DNA of 64,000 bases from Bdellovibrionales bacterium (GTDB taxonomy: Bacteria; Bdellovibrionota; Bdellovibrionia; Bdellovibrionales; JAUICD01): contig CBDANC010000013.1 in NCBI GenBank assembly GCA_965197425.1, forward strand, positions 64,001 through 128,000, written 5' to 3'. The position numbers and the translations under genes are program-made. The notes beneath the pieces were generated by a model that had not been told where the DNA came from, searched no databases, and was given only the letters and a program-made list of their open reading frames with translations. Within the stretch, counting starts at the first letter, position 1. Each line of letters opens with the position of its first letter. Of the stretch, positions 40,173 through 50,080 are shown one piece after another.

Positions 40173-40589
40173 TTAGCGTTTAGAGTATTGGAATCTTTTT
40201 CTAGCCCCTCTGAGGCCATATTTTTTTCGTTCTACCATTCTGGCGTCTCTGGTCAAAAACCCTTGTTTTTTAAAGGATGCCCTCAGTTCTGGGTCTAACT
40301 CTAGCAGTGCTCTGGATAAGCCATGTCTTATAGCACCAGCCTGGCCAGATTCACCTCCACCAGACACTGTGATTTTTAGATCTACTTTGCCCATTAGTTT
40401 TGAGAAAACTAATGGCTCTAACGCCTGATAAACAGATGTTTTTCTTTTGAGATATTCATCCATTGGCTTTTTATTCACGATCACCTGACCAGGGTTTGCT
40501 CTTAAAAATACTCTAGCGGAGCTGGTTTTTCTCCTTCCCGTTGCATAATAGATTTTTTGAGCTTCTTTTACTGGCTTTCTGGTGGTCAT
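40173..40589 (-). CDS. rpsI: 30S ribosomal protein S9
   Basis: GRRKTSSARV, GGGESGQAGA, QYSKR. Confidence 0.97.
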   Translation of the reverse strand: MTTRKPVKEAQKIYYATGRRKTSSARVFLRANPGQVIVNKKPMDEYLKRKTSVYQALEPLVFSKLMGKVDLKITVSGGGESGQAGAIRHGLSRALLELDPELRASFKKQGFLTRDARMVERKKYGLRGARKRFQYSKR

Positions 40590-40604
40590 GTTATACCTTT
40601 GTTT

Positions 40605-41054
40605 CTAAAATGTTAGTGCTTCTGGTTTTTGTGCTTTATGGGGGTGTTCCCCTTCAGCATATACTTTTAGCTTTCCTATAACCTTTTCATTAAGTTTATT
40701 TTTAGGTAGCATGCCTTTTACTGCCTTATAGATCACTTGCTCTGGCTTTGATTCCAACATTTTTTTTGCAAGCTTTTGCTTAACAGAGCCTATAAATCTA
40801 GAGCTTGTGTAGTAGATTTTTTTATCTTGCTTGTCACCGGTAAGCTTGACCTTACCTGCATTTATTACAACCAAAAAATCGCCGGTGTCTACATGTGGTG
40901 TGTAGGTTGGTTTATCTTTGCCTCTCAAAACATCTGCAATTTTGCAAGCAAGCCTACCCAGTGTTTTGCCACTTGCATCCACTAAAAACCACTTTCTAGC
41001 CTGCACATAATCAGCAGGCTTAGCAGTCCATGTATTGGTATTGGCATTTCTCAT
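40605..41054 (-). CDS. rplM: 50S ribosomal protein L13
   Basis: [25 protein letters not shown]. Confidence 0.97.
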   Translation of the reverse strand: MRNANTNTWTAKPADYVQARKWFLVDASGKTLGRLACKIADVLRGKDKPTYTPHVDTGDFLVVINAGKVKLTGDKQDKKIYYTSSRFIGSVKQKLAKKMLESKPEQVIYKAVKGMLPKNKLNEKVIGKLKVYAEGEHPHKAQKPEALTF

Positions 41055-41088
41055 AACCCAAGATTTCTACCTATTGTTATACCCAATG

Positions 41089-41523
41089 TCAATAATAAAT
41101 GCCCTTTTTGAGTATTAACGAAAAGGCCTTATTCTGAATATCAAACATTATTTTTTCTTTTTCTCCTCCACACTCATGTTCGAAACCTAACAAGTGCAAA
41201 ATTCCATGTAATATCAAAAACACTGTCTCATTCATAAATTTTCCTCTACTTTCAATAACATCTACACAAAGGACAATTTCTCCTAACGAATTTTTATCTA
41301 CACCCTCAAAGCTCAATACATCAGTAGGTCCGTCCTTTCCTCTAAACTTCTTATTAAGCTGGGACATTTCATTTGAGTTATTAAATACCACGGTTAAATT
41401 TTTAAATTGCTCAGGTATTTCAATGGCCAGTTTATCTAAAGCTTCTAATATTAAATTCACATTTTTATAAATTACATCATATGAGATGCTAGATTTGCTC
41501 AAATCAACGACACACACTTCCAT
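41089..41523 (-). CDS. ybeY: rRNA maturation endoribonuclease YbeY
   Basis: LNKKFRGKDGPTDVLSF, HGILHLLGFEH. Confidence 0.93.
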   Translation of the reverse strand: MEVCVVDLSKSSISYDVIYKNVNLILEALDKLAIEIPEQFKNLTVVFNNSNEMSQLNKKFRGKDGPTDVLSFEGVDKNSLGEIVLCVDVIESRGKFMNETVFLILHGILHLLGFEHECGGEKEKIMFDIQNKAFSLILKKGIYY

Positions 41524-41579
41524 TTGTCTAAGGTACCTCTTGCATGATCTTAGGTGAAGTTATTATGCTAGGCCCTCGA

Positions 41580-41966
41580 ATGCAAAGGCCACCTAAAAAT
41601 TTAAGAAGTTTTGATTCCTTGGTTGAAATTTTTCAAACTCTACAAGGTCCGGATGGATGTCCTTGGGATAGAGCTCAAACCCACAAAAGCATAGTAAAGC
41701 ATATTGAGGAAGAATCAACAGAGTTAGTAGAGGCCATAGAGTCGGGTCAAAAAGACAAAATCATAGAGGAGTTAGGGGATGTACTGTTGCTTGTAATGTT
41801 AAATGCAGCAATAGCCAAAAGGGATGGAACATTTGAAATATTAGATGTAGTGGAGGCATTGGCCAAAAAACTTATTCACAGACACCCACATGTTTTCTCA
41901 GGCCAAAAAATATCAACTGCAAAAGAAGCTTTGGATATTTGGAATAATCAAAAAAAGTCGGAATAA
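41580..41966 (+). CDS. mazG: Single-domain MazG nucleotide pyrophosphohydrolase
   Basis: GCPWDRAQT, EELGDVL, RHPHVF. Confidence 0.88.
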   Translation: MQRPPKNLRSFDSLVEIFQTLQGPDGCPWDRAQTHKSIVKHIEEESTELVEAIESGQKDKIIEELGDVLLLVMLNAAIAKRDGTFEILDVVEALAKKLIHRHPHVFSGQKISTAKEALDIWNNQKKSE

Positions 41967-41969
41967 TAA

Positions 41970-42587
41970 ATGCTAACCTCTATTGTGAACTCAAAAGCAA
42001 AGGGCGTTAAGCTAATAATAGCGGTTAATGTTCTGATATTTTTTGCCTGGCTTGTAGGTTTTGATTCACTCTTTATGAGAGCACATTTTTTAATAAGTCC
42101 TATGCACCTCAAAGATGGCATGTGGCTAAATCTGTTGAGTGCCGCTTTTTCTCACAATCTATTGTGGCATTTGTTAATAAATATGCTTGTGCTACTTAGT
42201 TTTGGACCTGTTATTGAGTTTATTATGGGAACAAAAAAGTTTTTGTTCTTCTATATGATGACAGCTGTTGTAAGCTCCCTCACTCATTGTGCAGTGTCGT
42301 ATTATTTGTTAGGTGCACCAGATGCTATGGCACTGGGTGCATCTGGGGCAATATCTGGTTTGGTACTCTTATTTTCACTAACCTACCCCAGAGAAAAACT
42401 TTACATACTGGGCATCATACCTGTTCCTGCAATAGTAGGTGCAATAGCTTTTGTGGGCATTGATATGTGGGGGCTTATGTTCCAAATTCAGGGAAGTGGC
42501 CATCTAATAGGACACGGAGCTCATCTGGGTGGAGCTATATTTGGTGCTATGTATTTTGTGGTGCTAAAGTCGCTCAAAAAAGTCTAA
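41970..42587 (+). CDS. Rhomboid intramembrane serine protease
   Basis: H..LWHLLINM, GASGA, AHLGG. Confidence 0.92.
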   Translation: MLTSIVNSKAKGVKLIIAVNVLIFFAWLVGFDSLFMRAHFLISPMHLKDGMWLNLLSAAFSHNLLWHLLINMLVLLSFGPVIEFIMGTKKFLFFYMMTAVVSSLTHCAVSYYLLGAPDAMALGASGAISGLVLLFSLTYPREKLYILGIIPVPAIVGAIAFVGIDMWGLMFQIQGSGHLIGHGAHLGGAIFGAMYFVVLKSLKKV

Positions 42588-42662
42588 CCCCATATTCTCT
42601 TAAAATCACTTTTGGTTCAAAACTTTCCGACTTTTCTATAAAACAAATAGAATCTCCATATT

Positions 42663-43577
42663 CTAGTGTGAGTTTTTAATTTTCTCTATCTCTTCTTTAG
42701 AAAGACCAGATACCTCGGAAATAAAATCAAGATCAGCGTTCTTTTTTAACATATTCAACACCATATCCCTTACACCTTGTTCTCTACCTTGTTCTTTACC
42801 TTCTTCTAACATGGAACTCATTTGAGATCTTCTTTTCATTTCTGCAAACTCTAGCCACTCGGCAACTTCACCTTCTGCAAACTTCTTCATTTTACCTACC
42901 ATTTCACCCATAACACCTCCTTTGACAATAAAATCATCAAATTCAACTTTTGACATTCTACCAGAATTCTTCAATAAATAACACAACTTTTCTCTACTAT
43001 CTAAAAGCTCATCAAATGACTTAGTAAACTTATTTAACTCAACTAACACTATGCTCTGCCCTTTGGCTTCACAAAACCTAATATGCGGTTGTTTAACCCT
43101 TAAAAACTCAAACCTATGATAATAATCACTTATACCTTTTAAGCCAGAAATAGAAGCACCTTTTGTAACAAATGCTATTAAAACTGTGTGTACTGCATCT
43201 CTAAAATCACCGCCTACTTTTATTTGATTAGAATATCTTCTACATAAATAAGCTAACATCCTAGGTGCAAAGAACCTCTCATTAGTAGTCTGCATCTCTA
43301 CTATTACATTTTGACTAGATTTGTTACCTTTAATTTTATAATCCACAGAGGCTATCAAATCCAAAATAGATTTTTTGGGAAACTCACTCTTTGACTCAAC
43401 TTGGGTAGGTAATTGATCGGAGTCTAATAATGACACGCTTTCTATAACTGCATTATCAGGAAGCGGTAGAAAATGTTGTAATAGTAATTTAAGCTCATTA
43501 ATATTTGACTTAAAAAATGCTCTAAACAAAGTATCTGATGTAAAGTCGGGTAAAGGATTTTTGTCTTTATTTTTCAC
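42663..43577 (-). CDS. Rpn family PD-(D/E)XK nuclease / putative transposase
   Basis: SDTLFR, LD, VEMQ, EGKEQGREQG and HTH-like C-terminal tail; start uncertain (GTG 43577 or TTG 43616). Confidence 0.85.
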   Translation of the reverse strand: MKNKDKNPLPDFTSDTLFRAFFKSNINELKLLLQHFLPLPDNAVIESVSLLDSDQLPTQVESKSEFPKKSILDLIASVDYKIKGNKSSQNVIVEMQTTNERFFAPRMLAYLCRRYSNQIKVGGDFRDAVHTVLIAFVTKGASISGLKGISDYYHRFEFLRVKQPHIRFCEAKGQSIVLVELNKFTKSFDELLDSREKLCYLLKNSGRMSKVEFDDFIVKGGVMGEMVGKMKKFAEGEVAEWLEFAEMKRRSQMSSMLEEGKEQGREQGVRDMVLNMLKKNADLDFISEVSGLSKEEIEKIKNSH

Positions 43578-43773
43578 TGTTACAAATAATAAACTATAAT
43601 AAAAATTAAATTGCAAATAACAAAAATAAACTTGTAAAACATTCTTAATAGAAAAGAGGATTAGCTTTGATATTTAAAAAAATTTAATTTAAAACGAAAC
43701 AAAGACAATACAAAATTCTATCTTATTGTCATTGTTTAGAAAAAAATTTGCTAAAGTGCAAAAGGTACTAAGC

Positions 43774-44871
43774 ATGAGTGCAAATAAACCTGTTATGTAT
43801 CTAGACAGCAATGTCTTTGGTTGCTTTAGCCAAAAACACAATTGTTCCGGACATAAATACTATTTATTTAAAAACAACATCAACTTAAATCCAAAACTTC
43901 CAAATACAGATGGTTTTTTAGTAAGTAATACAGCGTTTTCAGAATTTGAAAAGATGGGTTTGAAGAGGAAAGACTTCATAGATCTAAATAAATTAGACAC
44001 TATTACAGCTAAATGTGAATGCACTAAAAAAGATGTGGGTAAAAAAGATAATGGGTACGATGAGTATGATATTGAATTTATTAATTGTTTGTACGAAGCT
44101 ATTAAAACTGAAATAAATAATAGTGGCAAACTCAACCTAGATTTTTTTAATAAAAAATATTTGGAGCGTATAAAATCCTTAAATCATTTACCCAACAAGC
44201 TTCGTTCAGAATTAGAGCAATTCTACCATCATAAAGATTCTGAAACTCCTATCGATGATCATGTAGTAGAACAATGGGAGAATGTACTAATACTTGACAT
44301 TCTGGCTTCATTAAAACCTAAAGAGAGTAAAAAAAATTACTACGACCTATTATTGGATATGGCACACACCCTAAAAAAACGTGTTAATTTTCCTTTCCCC
44401 GTTACTAGAGTGGCGTATAACATGATGAAATTTGGAAACCTGGATAAAAGATTATACCAAGATAAAAGCTCAAGAGAGCTGGAGAAGGCTCTGAAACTAA
44501 TAACATATCGCCAAAATGAGGATATGGTCGATGCAGAGCTAGTACATGTTGCTGTGGTTGAAAATTGTTTGCCACCAACTGAGGGGAATATTCCATATCT
44601 TTTTACATGTGATCCTATCAAAACAGTTTTAACCAGAATTAGTTACTATAAATCATGTGTAAAAGGATGGAATGATAATTTCAGCAAACTTTATAACAAA
44701 ACTTTTATGGATGAATGTAAAGAAAGTTGGCTAATATTTTTAGATAAGGATAATTTTGGAATTACACACATTATAAATGTGCAAAGCATACCATGTTTGT
44801 TTGAATGGATTGGTGAAAGTAAAACCTTGGATGATATGTATGAATTTGTGGGGATTGATGTTTCAGATTAG
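43774..44871 (+). CDS. Hypothetical protein with PIN-like motifs
   Basis: VMYLDSNVF near the N-terminus; DAELVHVA...LFTCD near the C-terminus. Confidence 0.6.
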   Translation: MSANKPVMYLDSNVFGCFSQKHNCSGHKYYLFKNNINLNPKLPNTDGFLVSNTAFSEFEKMGLKRKDFIDLNKLDTITAKCECTKKDVGKKDNGYDEYDIEFINCLYEAIKTEINNSGKLNLDFFNKKYLERIKSLNHLPNKLRSELEQFYHHKDSETPIDDHVVEQWENVLILDILASLKPKESKKNYYDLLLDMAHTLKKRVNFPFPVTRVAYNMMKFGNLDKRLYQDKSSRELEKALKLITYRQNEDMVDAELVHVAVVENCLPPTEGNIPYLFTCDPIKTVLTRISYYKSCVKGWNDNFSKLYNKTFMDECKESWLIFLDKDNFGITHIINVQSIPCLFEWIGESKTLDDMYEFVGIDVSD

Positions 44872-44939
44872 GGGAAGTGGCCATCTAATAGGGCACGGAG
44901 CTCATCTGGGTGGAGCTATGTTTGGTGCTGTGTATTTTA
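44846..44939 (+). pseudogene. Duplicated 3' end of the rhomboid gene
   Basis: LWGLMFQIRGSGHLIGHGAHLGGAMFGAVYF matches rhomboid 42466-42558. Confidence 0.9.
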
Positions 44940-45008
44940 CGATGCTTAGACTAACAAAATAAATTAGGCAAAATTAAAGCAGGCACATTAAGATGAAGAT
45001 ATTGGATC

Positions 45009-45038
45009 AAAAAAGGCTCGGATTCCCAAGCCTTTTTT
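45009..45038 (-). terminator. Intrinsic terminator of pilin 1
   Basis: aaaaaaggct...agcctttttt; homologous to the 49153 terminator. Confidence 0.75.
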
Positions 45039-45067
45039 GTATTAACAACTTTTAATCAAGCTGTAGT

Positions 45068-45799
45068 TTATACCCCACTGAGGTGGTTCGTTAAAATTTT
45101 GTCTTGGGTAATTGTCCATACATCGTCGCGTGTCTCACCAGCGTTGGAGCCAATTACACCGATGTTTCCATACGCAATACCTACAAAATTAGACGTGTTG
45201 CACGGAGCACTAAGTGTAGAAGGAGTAGTAGCTGGTGTCATCAAAGCTGTCAAGCCTGCCGGAACAGCATCAGAATGAGAAATATTCGTAGCATTCGGTA
45301 TGTTGACCACGGGTATCGGAACGTTTGGTATGTCTGTCTTACCCGAAAGGTTAACACAAGTGGCGGTACCAGCCAAAGTAGATCCTGGAGCATCACAAAC
45401 GCCAGCACCTCCTTCTCCTGTATGTCTCCTAGCTAAAGACAATCCAGCCCCAGTGTATCTGATTGGACTACTACCAGGACCGCATATAGGGGCCGTACCA
45501 ACGATGGCAGAATCATTCGAGAATCCAGCAATGTAACCAAGCTGTCCTTCTGGATAAAACCCAATGCCCTGAAGGTCGGTAGTTCCCGCACCCCATTCGG
45601 CTATAAACGATTTTTCAGCGGTGAATATTCCACTTAGCAAGCCCCTGGCTTCTGCCTGTCTAGCTCTTCTTTGGAAGGCCTGATAGTTTGGTATTGCTAT
45701 TGCCGCCAATATCCCTATGATCGCAACCGCAACCATAAGCTCAATTAACGAGAAACCCTTTTGTTTGCTGTTGTCAGCTTTTGTTGAAACCCTAAGCAT
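45068..45799 (-). CDS. Type IV pilin (paralogue 1)
   Basis: G|FSLIELMVAVAIIGILAAIAIPNY prepilin motif; ggagg RBS. Confidence 0.92.
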   Translation of the reverse strand: MLRVSTKADNSKQKGFSLIELMVAVAIIGILAAIAIPNYQAFQRRARQAEARGLLSGIFTAEKSFIAEWGAGTTDLQGIGFYPEGQLGYIAGFSNDSAIVGTAPICGPGSSPIRYTGAGLSLARRHTGEGGAGVCDAPGSTLAGTATCVNLSGKTDIPNVPIPVVNIPNATNISHSDAVPAGLTALMTPATTPSTLSAPCNTSNFVGIAYGNIGVIGSNAGETRDDVWTITQDKILTNHLSGV

Positions 45800-46133
45800 G
45801 CGTGAAACCTCCTAATGATCGTTAATCACGTGTCCCATTCTTGACATCAATTCAAGTTTATCTACAAGATGTTAGGTCATCGGAAGAAACTTTGTCAAAT
45901 TAAATGGATTTAATACCTCAAACATTACAGCCTTTTGTCTTAATTTGTATTGAAACTGATCACAAAGCCTAAATAACACAACTATCACAGGGGGGCTTGC
46001 TCCCTTTATCATGCGATTGTGTAATAACATTGGCCCTGGAAACCAACAGTGGTGGCATGTAAAATGACTTTGGACATAATGTGAGTGCTAATACATCCAA
46101 ACTTATAACATAATGCAAAAGGAATGATTGACC

Positions 46134-46403
46134 TCAGCCCTGTAACGCTTTGAAAACTCTGGAAGAAATGCGACTTATTTTTCTGGATGCGGTTTCTTTT
46201 TTTATCACACCTTTGGATGTTGCCTTGGAAATCTTGCTGCTATAGGCCCTTAAAAGCTCCTTCAAAGAGTCTTTGGAATCAGAGCCCAACGCCTTTAAGA
46301 TCTTCTTTTCCAAAGTTCTGACCAAACTTTGGATACTTTTATTACGAACTCTTCTTTTTATATTCTGCCTGGCTCTTTTTTTTGCAGATTCTATGTTAGG
46401 CAT
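46134..46403 (-). CDS. rpsT: 30S ribosomal protein S20
   Basis: MPNIESAKKRARQN...KGVIKKETASRKISR. Confidence 0.95.
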   Translation of the reverse strand: MPNIESAKKRARQNIKRRVRNKSIQSLVRTLEKKILKALGSDSKDSLKELLRAYSSKISKATSKGVIKKETASRKISRISSRVFKALQG

Positions 46404-46546
46404 AATAAGCTCCCAATAATTCCTATAAAAAATAATCCCTGCAACTCCAAACATCACATAAATTCAAACCAAACAACATGAACATCTGAAGACTTTCAGG
46501 TATATTCTAATACAACATCCAATGTTGTGACGCAAGGACTTAAATA

Positions 46547-48094
46547 GTGGAAAGAAAGAACATAGCCAGTTTTGCCATCGTAGTGGGCCTGGGAACTTTT
46601 TGTAGTCGCATATTTGGCCTAATTAGAGATGTACTCCTGGCCTCATTTTTCTCCAGATTTACCACAGATGCATGGCTTGTGGCCTTTCGCATACCTAATA
46701 TGTTTAGAAGACTTTTTGGAGAGGGTTCTCTTTCAGCTAGTTTCATCCCTGTATTTGTAGGTCTTACTGAAAGTGGAAACATCAAAGATGCAAAAAAACT
46801 AGCTTCAGTAGTATTCAGCTTACTACTTACTATCCTTACAGCATTTGCAATTTTAGGGGTAATATTTGCCCCAGAAATCATAGGCTTCCTTACCCATGGC
46901 AAAAACTACTCTGAAATCCCAGGTAAGGTTGAACTTACCATAGAACTTACCAGAATCATGCTTAGCTTTGTAGTGCTGGTATGTATGTATGCATTTTTTA
47001 TGGCCATACAAAATAGTTTTCGAAAATTCCTAATTCCAGCCTTTGCTCCAACCCTATTAAACCTGTCAATCATAGCTTCTGTATTTCTACCAACAAATTG
47101 GTTTGATGTAGAGGGAAAGAACTTGGCATGGGGAGTACTAGTAGGAGGACTACTACAACTTATCATAGTAATTCCTGGTGTGTATAAACTTGGTTTTTTG
47201 CCAAAACTAAATTTTGACCTTGGTTTTAAACACTGCAGATCAGTTGTTAGAAAATTTGTTCCAAGTGTTATTGGAGTAGGAATATTACAACTAACTGTGC
47301 TTATAAATACTCGCTTTGCAAGTCACCTGCCCGAGGGGGCTAATTCATGGCTCTTCTGGGCTGATAGACTTTTAGAATTTCCCTTATCTCTCTTCGCAGT
47401 AAGCATGGGTACAGCACTTCTACCAGTACTATCCATCCACTATGCACAAAAAAATATGGACAAGTTTTCCAAAACTTTGCAAGAAGGATTAAGGCAAGTG
47501 TTGTTTTTAGCCATACCTTCTGGTGTTGGATTGTTGATGCTTTCTGATCTACTGATCACCACAATTTTTATGAGAGGTGCTTTTGTAGAAAGTGATGTCC
47601 ACTATACAAGCTCAATACTACAAGTTTATGGTGTATCCATAATTTTTTATGCAAGTATTAGAGTATTACAACCTGTATTTTATGCCATACACAATACATG
47701 GCTCCCTGCAATTGTATCAGCAATATGCCTTGGTATTCATATAATGATGGCAGGGCATTTTATTAAATTAGCCGGGGTTCAAGGACTAGTAATATCAGCA
47801 GCAATTTCCGCTTTCATAAATGTTACAACTTTGGTTATAGCCTATAGAATTTTAATAGGAAAATTTCATTTAACTTTGTTCTTTTTAAAAAGTGTTACAT
47901 CCGCCACTTTTATGGGAATACTTTTGTTTTTTATTAAAAATAATTTTACTACAGATAATTTTTTAGAAAGACTATTGCTTCTTACTTTTTGTATTACTAT
48001 GGGAGCTGTTATTTACTTCATAATATCATGGTTAATTAAAATCGAAGAAGTCAATTACTACAAAAACAAATTGAAAGAAAAATTATTCCACTAA
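46547..48094 (+). CDS. murJ: Lipid II flippase MurJ
   Basis: SRIFGLIRD, AFRIPNMFRRLFGEGSLS, ADRLLEFP. Confidence 0.95.
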   Translation: MERKNIASFAIVVGLGTFCSRIFGLIRDVLLASFFSRFTTDAWLVAFRIPNMFRRLFGEGSLSASFIPVFVGLTESGNIKDAKKLASVVFSLLLTILTAFAILGVIFAPEIIGFLTHGKNYSEIPGKVELTIELTRIMLSFVVLVCMYAFFMAIQNSFRKFLIPAFAPTLLNLSIIASVFLPTNWFDVEGKNLAWGVLVGGLLQLIIVIPGVYKLGFLPKLNFDLGFKHCRSVVRKFVPSVIGVGILQLTVLINTRFASHLPEGANSWLFWADRLLEFPLSLFAVSMGTALLPVLSIHYAQKNMDKFSKTLQEGLRQVLFLAIPSGVGLLMLSDLLITTIFMRGAFVESDVHYTSSILQVYGVSIIFYASIRVLQPVFYAIHNTWLPAIVSAICLGIHIMMAGHFIKLAGVQGLVISAAISAFINVTTLVIAYRILIGKFHLTLFFLKSVTSATFMGILLFFIKNNFTTDNFLERLLLLTFCITMGAVIYFIISWLIKIEEVNYYKNKLKEKLFH

Positions 48095-48269
48095 TGATAC
48101 TTTCAAACACTCAGATTGAGATCACAAACCACGCTTTGTGAATAACTTTGGTCTGGCAAACCAAAAGTCCTGTTTCAGGCCTTAAGTTATAATTTTGTTT
48201 CATAGATAAAAGTATGGCCCCTCTGGCTAAATGTGACACCTGGTTAACGATTGTTAAAAGGAGTCACAA

Positions 48270-49118
48270 ATGTTAAGGTTTAATACAAAAGTCGGTGCTG
48301 TCAAGAAGGATGCTTACAGCACGAGTGTTTTACAAACACATGTAGCAAAAAGAAATGTAGGGCGCAATAAGCTACAAAAAAAATGCCTCCAACCGCAGGT
48401 TGGTTTCTCGTTAATTGAGTTGATGGTTGCGGTTGCAATCATTGGTATATTGGCAGCGATTGCGATACCAAACTATCAAGCCTTCCAAAGAAGAGCTAGA
48501 CAGGCAGAGGCGAGGACAATGTTAAGTGGTATATTCACCGCTGAAAAATCGTTTATAGCCGAATGGGGTGCTGGAACTACCGACCTTCAGGGCATTGGGT
48601 TTTATCCAGAAGGACAACTTGGTTACATTGCTGGGTTTGATGAAGATTCAGTTCAAGTGGGTACGGCTCCCATATGCAATGATGGTACTCCTGGTGGGGC
48701 GGGGCCAGGTAATTCTGGTACTCCAATTAGATACACTGGGGCTGGGTTGAATTTTGCTAGGAGACATACAGGTAATCTTGCTACTGGTGTGTGTGATGGT
48801 CCAGGATCTACTTTGGCTGGTACCGCTACTTGTATTAATCTTTCGGGTAAGACAAACATACCATCTGGTGTTGAAGGAATAATTAATGGGACTAGTGCTA
48901 CACAGATTGTACATTCTGATGCTGCTCCGACAAGCTTGACAAATGTAGGGACAGCTGCTGATAGTAATGGCATTAGTGCTGCATGCAATAACGGCAATTT
49001 TATAGCCATTGCATATGGAAACATAGGCGCAATTAGTTCTGCTACTGGTGAAACGCGGGATGATGTGTGGACAATTACCCATGATAAAATTTTAACAAAC
49101 CATCTTAGTGGTGTATAA
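48270..49118 (+). CDS. Type IV pilin (paralogue 2, longer leader)
   Basis: Same prepilin motif; aaggag RBS. Confidence 0.92.
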   Translation: MLRFNTKVGAVKKDAYSTSVLQTHVAKRNVGRNKLQKKCLQPQVGFSLIELMVAVAIIGILAAIAIPNYQAFQRRARQAEARTMLSGIFTAEKSFIAEWGAGTTDLQGIGFYPEGQLGYIAGFDEDSVQVGTAPICNDGTPGGAGPGNSGTPIRYTGAGLNFARRHTGNLATGVCDGPGSTLAGTATCINLSGKTNIPSGVEGIINGTSATQIVHSDAAPTSLTNVGTAADSNGISAACNNGNFIAIAYGNIGAISSATGETRDDVWTITHDKILTNHLSGV

Positions 49119-49152
49119 ATCATATCTTAATTAAGGGTTGTTAATACAAAAG

Positions 49153-49183
49153 AAAAAGGCTTGGTATCCCCAAGCCTTTTTTT
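49153..49183 (+). terminator. Intrinsic terminator of pilin 2
   Basis: aaaaaggcttgg-tatcc-ccaagccttttttt. Confidence 0.8.
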
Positions 49184-49345
49184 ATTCCCACAATCACTTT
49201 CTATTCAAGCTACATCCCTTACTCTAACAGAAATATTTTTTCCAAGAGATGATAATGAGTCAAAAATACTATTGCAAAGATTGATGCCATTTTGGACATG
49301 ATTACAAAGGTTGTTAAGATAAAATCGCTGTGTTACAAGGACACA

Positions 49346-50080
49346 ATGATTGAAGTAAAAAACATAACAAAAGAATATTCACAAGAAAACATAAAAGCAG
49401 TAAATAATGTTTCTTTTAAAATAGACAAAGGTGAAGTTGGCTCCATCATTGGTACAAGTGGGTGTGGAAAAACCACAACGCTTAAAATGATAAACAGATT
49501 AATTGAACCTACATCAGGCAGTGTTATTGTCAATGGACAAGACTCTAGCACAGGCAGCGCTGTTGCATGGAGAAGAAGGATTGGCTACGTAATACAAAAA
49601 GCCGGGTTACTCCCTCACTTAACTGTTGGCCAAAATATTTCACTATTGTCTAAAATTCTAAAAAGAAAAAAAAGTTTTATTACAAAAAGAGTACAAGAGC
49701 TAATGGATGACACAATAAACATGTCTTATAGTAAGTACTCCTCCAGGTATCCTGCACAGCTTTCTGGCGGGCAACAACAAAGGGTAGGCATAGCCCGTGC
49801 ATTGATGGAAGACCCTTCTGTTATGTTGATGGATGAGCCATTCGGAGCACTTGATCCAATTACAAAAAATACTCTTCATGAAGAGTTTATTCATCTAAAC
49901 AAAAAACTGAATAAAACTATATTGATGGTTACTCACGATGTGGAAGAGGCATTTAAGCTAGGAGACAAAGTCATTCTAATGAATAAAGGAAATATTATTC
50001 AAGTAGGTACAAAAGAGGATTTTATTAAAAATCCAAGAAATGAATTTGTAACTGATTTTGTCAGTAAGAAGATTGCATGA
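49346..50080 (+). CDS. Osmoprotectant ABC transporter ATP-binding protein
   Basis: GTSGCGKTT, RRIGYVIQ, LSGGQQQR, MDEPFGALDPIT. Confidence 0.9.
   Translation: MIEVKNITKEYSQENIKAVNNVSFKIDKGEVGSIIGTSGCGKTTTLKMINRLIEPTSGSVIVNGQDSSTGSAVAWRRRIGYVIQKAGLLPHLTVGQNISLLSKILKRKKSFITKRVQELMDDTINMSYSKYSSRYPAQLSGGQQQRVGIARALMEDPSVMLMDEPFGALDPITKNTLHEEFIHLNKKLNKTILMVTHDVEEAFKLGDKVILMNKGNIIQVGTKEDFIKNPRNEFVTDFVSKKIA

Noticed and set aside
45865..45905. Sigma-28-like promoter upstream of pilin 1 (also ccgata upstream of tadA)
   Set aside because: Only the -10-like ccgat is convincing; too weak in AT-rich DNA
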